Part shown: positions 38,195 to 49,691 of the stretch, one piece after another
How the letters are laid out: every line of letters begins with the position of its first letter
Position numbering within the stretch: the stretch's first letter is position 1
Assembly (NCBI RefSeq): GCF_006345805.1
Contig: NC_043001.1
Coordinates: 4,340,001 to 4,404,000, forward strand
DNA from: Octopus sinensis
Lineage: Eukaryota
Length of the DNA: 64,000 nt
Direction of reading: 5' to 3'
Notes under the pieces: model-generated
Told to the model about the DNA's origin: nothing
Seen by the model: only the letters and a program-made list of their open reading frames with translations
Database searches by the model: none
Translations under genes and position numbers: made by a program

Positions 38195-41100
38195 CGTTGC
38201 AACGTCTAAAAGATGAATTAGGGTAAATGTTTTTTAAATTTTCACCTAATTTCTGAATTACTACTACTTGGCGGTGTGAGTTATGGCTGCTCTTTCTGGT
38301 GGACGAGTGACCTGTTGGGGTCACTCCTAAATTGTTATATTTATATATTTAGTCGATGACTATTTTCTCTTTTCCATCAGGCCGCTGGTAGCGATAAATT
38401 TCTATTGAATTTTTTTGCTACCCTAAATTGACTAATTGATAATTTTCTGAATAATTCTGAGATTGAATCGGCAGTTTATATTTACTGTTGATAAGTTTGG
38501 CGCGAATACGTCAGTCTTGAAAATTTTAAGTCAGATATCCCGTAGGCATCGATACAGACGCCTCGTGTATATTTGTCTCTCCCAGGTCTTTTACTGATGA
38601 AGTATAACCTATGGTAGATTGGCTTAATTTAATTTAATTAAGCTAATTTGATCATTAATGACACAGAAACGTTGCAACGTCTAAAAGATGAATTAGGGTA
38701 AATGTTTTTTAAATTTTCACCTAATTTCTGAATTACTACTACTTGGCGGTGTGAGTTATGGCTGCTCTTTCTGGTGGACGAGTGACCTGTTGGGGTCACT
38801 CCTAAATTGTTATATTTATATATTTAGTCGATGACTATTTTCTCTTTTCCATCAGGCCGCTGGTAGCGATAAATTTCTATTGAATTTTTTTGCTACCCTA
38901 AATTGACTAATTGATAATTTTCTGAATAATTCTGAGATTGAATCGGCAGTTTATATTTACTGTTGATAAGTTTGGCGCGAATACGTCAGTCTTGAAAATT
39001 TTAAGTCAGATATCCCGTAGGCATCGATACAGACGCCTCGTGTATATTTGTCTCTCCCAGGTCTTTTACTGATGAAGTGTAACCTATGGTAGATTGGCTG
39101 AATTTAATTTAATTAAGCTAATTGATCATTAATGACACAGAAACGTTGCAACGTCTAAAAGATGAATTAGGGTAAATGTTTTTTAAATTTTCACCTAATT
39201 TCTGAATTACTACTCCTTGGCGGTGTGAGTTATGGCTGCTCTTTCTGGTGGACGAGTGACCTGTTGGGGTCACTCCTAAATTGTTATATTTATATATTTA
39301 GTCGATGACTATTTTCTCTTTTCCATCAGGCCGCTGGTAGCGATAAATTTCTATTGAATTTTTTTGCTACCCTAAATTGACTAATTGATAATTTTCTGAA
39401 TAATTCTGAGATTGAATCGGCAGTTTATATTTACTGTTGATAAGTTTGGCGCGAATACGTCAGTCTTGAAAATTTTAAGTCAGATATCCCGTAGGCATCG
39501 ATACAGACGCCTCGTGTATATTTGTCTCTCCCAGGTCTTTTACTGATGAAGTGTAACCTATGGTAGATTGGCTTAATTTAATTTAATTAAGCTAATTGAT
39601 CATTAATGACACAGAAACGTTGCAACGTCTAAAAGATGAATTAGGGTAAATGTTTTTTAAATTTTCACCTAATTTCTGAATTACTACTACTTGGCGGTGT
39701 GAGTTATGGCTGCTCTTTCTGGTGGACGAGTGACCTGTTGGGGTCACTCCTAAATTGTTATATTTATATATTTAGTCGATGACTATTTTCTCTTTTCCAT
39801 CAGGCCGCTGGTAGCGATAATTTCTATTGAATTTTTTTGCTACCCTAAATTGACTAATTGATAATTTTCTGAATAATTCTGAGATTGAATCGGCAGTTTA
39901 TATTACTGTTGATAAGTTTGGCGCGAATACGTCAGTCTTGAAAATTTTAAGTCAGATATCCCGTAGGCATCGATACAGACGCCTCGTGTATATTTGTCTC
40001 TCCCAGGTCTTTTACTGATGAAGTGTAACCTATGGTAGATTGGCTTAATTTAATTTAATTAAGCTAATTTGATCATTAATGACACAGAAACGTTGCAACG
40101 TCTAAAAGATGAATTAGGGTAAATGTTTTTTTAAATTTTCACCTAATTTCTGAATTACTACTACTTGGCGGTGTGAGTTATGGCTGCTCTTTCTGGTGGA
40201 CGAGTGACCTGTTGGGTCACTCCTAAATTGTTATATTTATATATTTAGTCGATGACTATTTTCTCTTTTCCATCAGGCCGCTGGTAGCGATAAATTTCTA
40301 TTGACTTTTTTTGCTACCCTAAATTGACTAATTGATAATTTTCTGAATAATTCTGAGATTGAATCGGCAGTTTATATTTACTGTTGATAAGTTTGGCGCG
40401 AATACGTCAGTCTTGAAAATTTTAAGTCAGATATCCCGTAGGCATCGATACAGACGCCTCGTGTATATTTGTCTCTCCCAGGTCTTTTACTGATGAAGTG
40501 TAACCTATGGTAGATTGGCTTAATTTAATTTAATTAAGCTAATTTGATCATTAATGACACAGAAACGTTGCAACGTCTAAAAGATGAATTAGGGTAATGT
40601 TTTTTTAATTTTCACCTAATTTCTGAATTACTACTACTTGGCGGTGTGAGTTATGGCTGCTCTTTCTGGTGGACGAGTGACCTGTTGGGGTCACTCCTAA
40701 ATTGTTATATTTATATATTTAGTCGATGACTATTTTCTCTTTTCCATCAGGCCGCTGGTAGCGATAAATTTCTATTGAATTTTTTTGCTACCCTAAATTG
40801 ACTAATTGATAATTTTCTGAATAATTCTGAGATTGAATCGGCAGTTTATATTTACTGTTGATAAGTTTGGCGCGAATACGTCAGTCTTGAAAATTTTAAG
40901 TCAGATATCCCGTAGGCATCGATACAGACGCCTCGTGTATATTTGTCTCTCCCAGGTCTTTTACTGATGAAGTGTAACCTATGGTAGATTGGCTTAATTT
41001 ATTTAATTAAGCTAATTTGATCATTAATGACACAGAAACGTTGCAACGTCTAAAAGATGAATTAGGGTAAATGTTTTTTAAATTTTCACCTAATTTCTGA

Positions 41101-41652
41101 ATTACTACTACTTGGCGGTGTGAGTTATGGCTGCTCTTTCTGGTGGACGAGTGACCTGTTGGGGTCACTCCTAATTGTTATATTTATATATTTAGTCGAT
41201 GACTATTTTCTCTTTTCCATCAGGCCGCTGGTAGCGATAAATTTCTATTGAATTTTTTTGCTACCCTAAATTGACTAATTGATAATTTTCTGAATAATTC
41301 TGAGATTGAATCGGCAGTTTATATTTACTGTTGATAAGTTTGGCGCGAATACGTCAGTCTTGAAAATTTTAAGTCAGATATCCCGTAGGCATCGATACAG
41401 ACGCCTCGTGTATATTTGTCTCTCCCAGGTCTTTTACTGATGAAGTGTAACCTATGGTAGATTGGCTTAATTTAATTTAATTAAGCTAATTGATCATTAA
41501 TGACACAGAAACGTTGCAACGTCTAAAAGATGAATTAGGGTAAATGTTTTTTAAATTTTCACCTAATTTCTGAATTACTACTACTTGGCGGTGTGAGTTA
41601 TGGCTGCTCTTTCTGGTGGACGAGTGACCTGTTGGGGTCACTCCTAAATTGT

Positions 41653-41657
<5 letters not shown>
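38195..41657 (+). repeat. Right arm of retrozyme-like array: ~7.3 tandem 474-bp units, HHR on plus strand
   Basis: Predicted GTC cleavage triplets end at 38206 (partial HHR), 38681, 39155, 39629, 40102, 40577, 41050 and 41523, a spacing of 473-475 bp. The arm ends in (TA)n. Confidence 0.95.
38587..38688 (+). ncRNA. Type I hammerhead ribozyme (representative of 12 complete copies in the array)
   Basis: tctttta-CTGATGA-a-[long stem II; gtgt/acac in other copies, gtat here]-a-GAAAC-gttgcaac-GTC-taaaaga. Perfect 7-bp stem I, intact core, palindromic stem III acgttgcaacgt. Confidence 0.85.
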
Positions 41658-41674
<17 letters not shown>

Positions 41675-41683
<9 letters not shown>

Positions 41684-41822
41684 ATTGGTGAATTGAAGAA
41701 ATGGAGCTGAACGCAGATTGAACAGAAATCGTTTTATTTCATTCTACACGTGTTTCGAAAGGCAACGATTTCTGTTCAATCTGCGTTCAGCTCCATTTCT
41801 TCAATTCACCAATAATGTTTTA
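41675..41822. repeat. Perfect 59-bp inverted repeat with 30-bp spacer
   Basis: Arms 41675-41733 and 41764-41822. The spacer's minus strand contains cGAAAC-acgt-GTA. The insert continues to about 41970 between (TA)n tracts. Confidence 0.9.
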
Positions 41823-41971
41823 ATTTCAATTATCCGCACCAACGCACGGTTGGAACGCCAGATGGTTTTACCTCCAACCGTGCTGTTTACTGCTGTGATT
41901 TTTGCTACTAAGGTATCGGTTAAACTTTTGATTAATCTACTACAAGATTATTCATCTTTCTATTTCACATA

Positions 41972-42031
<60 letters not shown>

Positions 42032-43820
42032 ATATATAATATATATATATATATCGATAGAATAATTGTTTCTTGTCAGGAACAAAATAAGTTTTAATAG
42101 GACTGCAATAGAAGTTCTCTATTGGAAGAGACAAAAATATCAAACTAAAATCATTGAACAAGAAAATACAAAGTCAACCGCATGTCATTTCATAATTCGA
42201 ACATTTAATTATAGAATAAACATATAACCCGCAAGATGGAACAAAATCCATATATACAGCACGTAATAATGATCACATTGTTTATATAGGCGTTTTCGTA
42301 TACGGGACGTCGTATACTTTAGCGCTGGCTCTAAATTTTATGGAATACTCGTCGAGACAGCTGAATGTTGGGGCAAAGACATATGTGTGTATTCCAGTTG
42401 GGTTGGAATCTAAGCAGCATCATAAGAGATTCTTCACTAATGGAACATTTTGTGGATAAAAATTTTGAATGTAGAGCCGGCCAGTTCAAGATTCCTCTTT
42501 GCGAGAAGGGAATGATGAATGTCTTTGCTTAAAGAAGTTTAAAGTGAATGATTGGAATGCATTTATAAGAACCAATGGGAAAGATATGCATTGCCAGACC
42601 ATGGAATTAAATACTTGCATATGCTAAATGGTTTGTTGGTAAAATAGAAAACATATCTGGTACTTGTTACGACGGAATTTGGTGTAGACATTTGTTGAAT
42701 AAACTCAAAATGTAAGTTGAAAAGAAAGCAACGAGGTTCTGGAAAATATGTCTGAAACTTAACTGAAAGTGACAGAGGTACTGGTAGATATTTCTTGTTG
42801 CTAGGAAGAAGAAAGCAGTGACATAGAAGCGCAAGTAACACGAAAACATCCAGTTGAACGTAAATGACACCACAGTGGCAGCAGTCGACATGGTAATAAA
42901 CAAGGAAGTTGAAAGAACACTTCAATCGCATTTAATCATGATTTCTGAACGTATTAATGTTTAGTAAGCTCCGAAAGATTCATTATGTGGTTGGTGATCG
43001 AAGTCGTCTTAAATCTCAGCGTCGCATTGTCTTTCAATATCAGAAACGCTTTGAAGCAACATTTTGAAGGAAATGATTCTTTTACGACAGTTCCTGTTTC
43101 CGTAATCAAAATGCAACAACAACTAGAATGATGATACCTAAACATTTCAATGGTTATTGTACGTTTGAGGCGCTAATCAAAGATAATAGATCACTTTTAT
43201 TTAAGAGTAAGTATTTGATATTCCCAAGGCAGTGCATATCATAAATCTCACTTCTATATAATCATTGTTCACACACAAACACACACACACACACACACAC
43301 ACACGGACATACACTCACGCACACACGCATGTATGTATGTACACAGCCTTACCTTTGTAATTTATCATGTAAATAAAGCACGGAATAAATCAAAGTCTCA
43401 TAAAACCCGATGTTTCTACGACGTTCCCTAAAATTACTTTGAACATATTTCAGGTGTTCTTGTCAGGAATAAAAATTAATTCATTTATTATATTTCTATC
43501 TCTTTGTAACAAAACCACCTGTATCTTTCTCTCACTGTATTTCCCACTCTCTCCTTTTCTCCCGCTTTCTCTCTTACGATTGTTTTCTTTTTGTTCTGTA
43601 TTTTGTTTGACAGAAATTCTTGTTTCACCTTAATAGCTGCAACCTTGATATAAGTGTACATTTCCTTTGCGCATATATACATATATATGTGTGTGTTTCT
43701 GTGTATGTGTGTTTGTTTGTATGCATGCTTATTTGCACACAAACACACTAACGCACGCACAGACACACACACACACAGGCACACACACACACACACACAC
43801 CACACACACACACACACACA

Positions 43821-43863
<43 letters not shown>

Positions 43864-44267
43864 CATACATATATATATAAATATTGATATATATATATTT
43901 GAAAAAAGAAAAGAATGACGTCACTGGCTAAATCAGTTTAATTTATAATTTTTATAATTTTTCAATAATATAAATTTTACACGTTACTTCGTAAATCTAT
44001 TAAGTTCTTTGTCAACTTGTGTGGGGAGATTTAGAAAAAAAAACTTATCCCCACCCAAGGTAACAAACAACTTACTAAATCTACTAACTGAAGTATAAAA
44101 CTTATATTATCAAAACATTTAAAGACACAATAATGCATAAAACTGATATGAACTACCATGAATCCCACACCTTTTCTTATTTCGAATATAACTAACTGTA
44201 CCAAAGATCTCACACATTTTCCAATTCTGGTTTATCTATCTATATACATCTACTTAAGAAGTGGATC

Positions 44268-44752
44268 ATATAATAACAAAATAATAGATAAGACATATGC
44301 ATATATACATACATATATGTACTAGCTACATCTATATGTATATATACATGCATATATGGGTACAGGACACCAAAAAAACGTCGAACACAATAAGAAACGA
44401 AAACAAAACAAAACGAAGGACAGGGACATTTGTTTAAACAACGAAAAAATAGAGTACAAACATACAACACAAGGAAAATTCCCCTTATTCAGCCGCCTAA
44501 CACGGAGTAAGACGAAGCAGAGGCGGCTGAAGAAGGGGAATTTTCCTTGTGTTGTATGTTTGTACTCTGTTTTTTCGTTGTTTAAACAAATGTCCCTGTC
44601 CTTCGTTTTGTTTTGTTTTCGTTTCTTATTGTGTTCGACGTTTTTTTTGGTGTCCTGTACCCATATATGCATGTATATATACATATAGAGGTAGCTAGTA
44701 GATATACGTTTGTATATATGCATATGTTCTATCTATTATTTTGTTATTATAT
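44268..44752. repeat. ~230-bp near-perfect inverted repeat with 22-bp spacer
   Basis: Arms 44268-44498 and 44521-44752. ORFs 44322-44723(-) and 44356-44688(+) are mirror artefacts of it. Confidence 0.92.
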
Positions 44753-44765
44753 ATCTACCTACCTA

Positions 44766-44854
<89 letters not shown>

Positions 44855-45616
44855 ATGTCTATCTACCTGTCTATCTATCTTTCTATCTATCCATACATAC
44901 TCAGGTGTGTGTGTTTCACTGTCTCTAATTAAGCAAAGTACCTACTTATGTCATCTCTATCAGAGATGAAAGAAGTAACCGCACTGAGAAGTGGCTTTTG
45001 TCGCCACTTGAACATGGCTGTTCTGTTAAAGGAGAAAAATATCATCGGGAAAATAATTTTACAAAGACATTATGAGTGAGCTTCTCTACTCAGAGTCAAA
45101 ATTCATATTATCACATTGACTTCAACAAATGATAGATCAGATAGTATAACAGGCGGGATTGCCATGGTTTCAACGCCTACGATCAGAAAAGTACTCAAGC
45201 AGTCATGAGAGAAACGGTAGCTAAATCTGTGTAATAAAAATATTAAAGGCAGTAGGAATTGAAGGACTTACTGAAAAAATGCGGTTCAAGATATGGAGTC
45301 ATGCAGTATTGACTACGGGAAGAAAGTTTTTGTTCTTAGCGCTAATCAAAGCTGTGATAATTGCAAATACGTCTCTTTTGTAATCACTAAATTAAAACTA
45401 AACCAATAAATGTATTAATCGAGTTTATGCATCGAAAATTTTCATGTAATCTACAACTCAGTTTTAAATATTTGGGTGAAGTTAGTAATTTGAAAGGTGA
45501 GGTAAAGCGATTGCATCGGTCCCAGTGCTCGAATAGATGGATAGCTATGTTGAACTCGGCTGCATTTGGACTCAAAACGGATAAAATGCGGATAGGCACT
45601 GCGCCCGCCGTGCTGT

Positions 45617-45742
45617 CGATTCTAGCACGTCACCATGCACTGTCACACGATTCTAGCACACCACCATGCACTGTGTCTCACGATTCTACCACGCCATCAT
45701 GCACTGTCTCACGATTCTAGCATGCCACCATACTCAATGTCT
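45617..45742. repeat. 31-33-bp minisatellite, about 4 copies
   Basis: cgattctagcacg.caccatgcactgtc.ca repeated. Confidence 0.85.
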
Positions 45743-47459
45743 CCCAATTTAAAAGAAACATTTACGAAGCATGTCTGAACCAAATCAGAGATAGATGGAA
45801 TTGTTTGTAATATATGGGAGCTACTTAGAAAGCTTGATGCTTGCAAACGGAATGATATTGCCTTTGATGATGAAATCTATAATCTCATTGTCGTTGTAGG
45901 TTTGGCGATATATTTGGCAAAATGTCCTTACTTCCCTGTATATGATTACAAGCCGTTCATAAGGTTGAGTCTTTCTAACTTATATTTTGATGCAAGATCA
46001 AAAGATATAAACAGTTAATCAGGGATAGGCTCTGTTGTACGAGTAGGAAGATCATTTGCAACGATGTGGTTTCAGGTTCACTAACAAAGCGAATTACCTA
46101 CAACAAATATATTACAAGATCTAATTGGCCACTAAACTGTGAGTCTGCCTTGTAAAAAATTGGGTGTAAGACCGTCGTATACACACATACACGTGTGTGT
46201 ATGTGTGTTTTTGCGTGTGTATGTATGTGTATGTTTGTATGTGTGTATATGTGCGTATGTGTGTGCATATGCGTGTATGTATGTGCGTGTATGCTTGTAT
46301 TTGTAGGTGTGTATGTGCGTGTATGTGTGTCTGTGTGCGTGTATGTGTGTATTTGTGTGTCTGTGTGTGTACATGCGTGTTTTTTTTATAATTTCCACCA
46401 ATAATCCTTTGCTGTTTTGATTCGCTTTTGTAGCACTTATATATTGGATCTGGTTATTGAATGGATCTTCTTTTTTATTTTTTAAATAAAATGCAGGTAT
46501 GAATTCAAGGTGTTTACCTGCTGTTTCTAGCAGCTTGAGTTACCAAATAAAGTATAAATTGTTAGTTCCTACCCGTCTGCTATTCTTTAATTGATAATGA
46601 TTCGGTGATAGTTTTAGATTCGAAGGGAGAAGACAAAATATACTTTATCATAGAATAGGGATAGTGGACACGAGCTGTCTTTTTAGACATCACAAAATAC
46701 GAATTGATTTAATATTTTCTCTGCATTAAAATGTTCCCTATTTCTAGTTGGCCAGCCACGATTCCGTGAAATAGGGTTTAACAAATCAATCTATGTCAAA
46801 CAGTTATTACAACATATATAAAATAAACGATTTTTATAAATTACAATGTTATACACCTACTATACACAACAGTGTGAATACTTACTCGCATGTAATATAT
46901 ACACTCATAGAAATTTACCTCTGGGGATTGAAGTAGATTATATATCACTTATAATTCAAAATTCTTCATTTTATCCCATTAAATATCCGAAATGTGATTT
47001 GTTCTTTCGCTTGTTAATCTTTATTCTCCGTTGTTGGAATTTATCTAACATAACGGGGCGCGGTTCTTACACCTACGACGGTACTGCTCCTGCATCAATG
47101 GGCATTTTGACAGCATCCTAAGAAAAAATTCCCCTAGCTAGCCGGAAATGATTTGTGGACATACTCATGTTCCTGGCACACAGAAACGTGAACCTGTCCA
47201 ATTACCTATCTGCTTTGGCAGTGCCAGACATAGGGCAGGAGCTGCGAGACCAATGTCTTAAAATAAGATGATCCAATTGGACAAGGGTGTAAGGTGCTGC
47301 AAAGCTACAAGATGTGACAGAAAGTTCTAATTGAGGCAATATATATATGTATTTATCAACAATGAAAAATATGCACGCTTTTAGCAGATATTTTGTTCAT
47401 AACTTATTTGTGCACACGAGTGTCTGTATGTTATACATTATGTGCGTTTGTGTGTGATT

Positions 47460-47495
<36 letters not shown>

Positions 47496-47797
47496 TGGGC
47501 ACCACAAAAGAACAGAGAGAGAGGTCTATCGTGGCACAAACGATGATTAACTGGAATTAGCTGTTTTTTATTTAAATTATTTGCAAATATTGAGATAGCT
47601 TTCAGAAACTAGGTTTTCACTATTTTTTTATACGTAATCCCATAGGTTATAATCAAATAACTTTATTTATATCAAAATTACATTTTAACTGCAGAATTTG
47701 AAAATTTATAAAGCTTTCATACTGAATCTTATTGAAGCCTAAAATTAATTAAAATTTCATTCTTGTATTTGTTTTCCAACATACTTAATATGATACG

Positions 47798-47973
47798 GTT
47801 CTATATCTAAGAGATGAGGAATTATTTGCATTATTTACATTTGAAGGATATTTGTCCTCATCTTTGTTGTTAACACAACGTTTCGGCTGATATACCCTCT
47901 AGTCTTCATTAGGTGTCTTAGGGGAAATTTCGAACCTGGGTTCTCATTCTTAATGTATTTTTCGATGTTGTTG

Positions 47974-48004
<31 letters not shown>

Positions 48005-48005
48005 G

Positions 48006-48038
<33 letters not shown>

Positions 48039-48214
48039 ATTATTATAATTAGTATTATCATTATTATAATTATTATAATTATAATTATTATTATTATTAT
48101 TATTGTTATTGTTGTTGTTGTTATTATTATTGTTACTACTACTATTATTCAGGTCACTACCTGAATCAAACTCGGAATCTTGGGGTTAGTATCCAGCGTT
48201 CGTAACCACTACGC
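47798..48214 (-). mobile_element. tRNA-head/(AAT)n/hammerhead element, solo copy
   Basis: Collinear with 24901-25349 and 49453-49691. HHR at 47873-47916 has a degenerate core (ctaatga). Confidence 0.85.
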
Positions 48215-49067
48215 TTTTGTGTTGAAAATATTGTATTGAATCTTGGGAGCGGCGTCTTTACTATTTAATTCTTTATCGGTTAACTATTTAACCAATTAAC
48301 TATCTGCCTTAGGTTAACCAAACATTCAACTTTGTCAAAGTTCCTTTCGTTGCCATCCGTGACCTGAGTAATGACACGCCCTACCCATTACTCCACATCT
48401 ACCTCACGTCTCTGCCTAATTATGTGTGTGAGTGTCTCATGTTGTAGGTGTATATTCTGTATGCAGGTGAATGAGAAAGTAGATGAGACATAGGTAGCGA
48501 TACAAAGAGAGACTGTGTGCGGTATAGAGTGGGTGTGTATCTGTCTGTTTACTTCTTTAACCCTCTCTCCCTCTACACACACATACACACACATTATAAA
48601 GAGAACCTCTGTGTTTGTGATTGGCCTTCGGATATGTTCTTGAGGTCGTCGTTGAATGTTTTTGTATGTAGTGTGGTGGTGTTAGTGCTTCTCTTGTTTT
48701 GGGAATCGTACGGTTAAAATTACACTCTAATTACTCATGATCTTTTATGGTAATAACTCAGATGTTTATGCGCATATGAACTACTTACCATATATTAACG
48801 ATTAGTCTCTTGTAAAGGGCATGGTGCACGACATTTCTGAAGCCTAAAGAAAAGATATGTTAATCCTGTAATATTTCACTTTCTTGAGGTTGATATCGGC
48901 CGTAAGAACAATATTATAGACTTTGATTATTAAGTCTTTTGTCGAATGATAGATTACAATTCTCTGATGCCAAATTTCACCGAGAAATATTTGATCAAAG
49001 TAACTTTTTGAGGGAACACAGCATTGCAATGTGCAGTGTACTTGAAGTAAAGAAGAAGTAAATGTAT

Positions 49068-49691
49068 ATTATTTACATTATTTACATTTGAAGGATATTT
49101 GTCCTCATCTTCTTTGTTGTTAAAACAACGCTCCGGCTGATATACCCTTCAGCCTTCATGTCGCCCCCTCAAAATAAAGGTAGACGAACATCGCAAAACT
49201 GTGACACGAGGAGATATTTATGAATTGGGTATAGTTGATCATGTATTAAAAAACGAAAACCAGCTCCCCCTGTTGAAATAATAGACAGAGAACACCAATG
49301 GAAAATACGGAAACTAAAAGAAGCAGCACATATGCTAGGACGCAACAACCTCCTAAGCAGACCGAATGCAGATATGAGCAGCATATAGGAACCGGTATTA
49401 AGGAAGGATATTTATAAGCGCTAAAATTCACTCCATAATTGCATACGAGCATATGGCGTAGTAGTTGAGATCGCGGGCTTCTAACCCCAAGATTCCGAGT
49501 TCGATTCCAATTATTATTATTATTACTATAATTAAAATAACATCGAAAATGTACCTTAGGAATGAGAACCGAGGTTCGAAATTTCCCCAAGACACCTGAT
49601 GAAGTGTATATCAGCCGACACGTTGTGTTGTGACAAATATCCGTCAAATGTAAATAATGTAAATAATTCCTCATCTCTTAAATATAGAACT
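49068..49691 (+). mobile_element. 5'-truncated Penelope-like retroelement with upstream inverted pLTR fragment
   Basis: 49068-49159 is an inverted copy of the pLTR 3' end. 49159-49424 encodes a GIY-YIG C-terminus. 49425-49691 is the pLTR with tRNA head (49453-49510) and a degenerate HHR (49592-49628). Confidence 0.85.
49159..49424 (+). pseudogene. GIY-YIG endonuclease C-terminal fragment (Penelope ORF end)
   Basis: CRPLKIKVDEHRKTVTRGDIYELGIVDHVLKNENQLPL / frameshift / IIDREHQWKIRKLKEAAHMLGRNNLLSRPNADMSSI*EPVLRK, matching R.L..R..EH, H, and R...EA..(L)N-type GIY-YIG motifs. Confidence 0.8.

Noticed and set aside
35864-41657. Array as CRISPR, rDNA/5S/snRNA cluster or ordinary satellite
   Set aside because: There are no unique spacers and I recognise no rRNA/snRNA similarity. 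One hammerhead per unit and dispersed diverged relatives point to a retrozyme-like element.
42180-43150. Higher-complexity stretches (also about 47040-47330 and 57240-57900) as possible exons
   Set aside because: No recognisable protein motif or convincing splice-bounded frame; may be ancient TE relics and would need tBLASTx or RNA-seq.
44322-44723. Overlapping near-identical ORFs on both strands
   Set aside because: A consequence of the palindrome.
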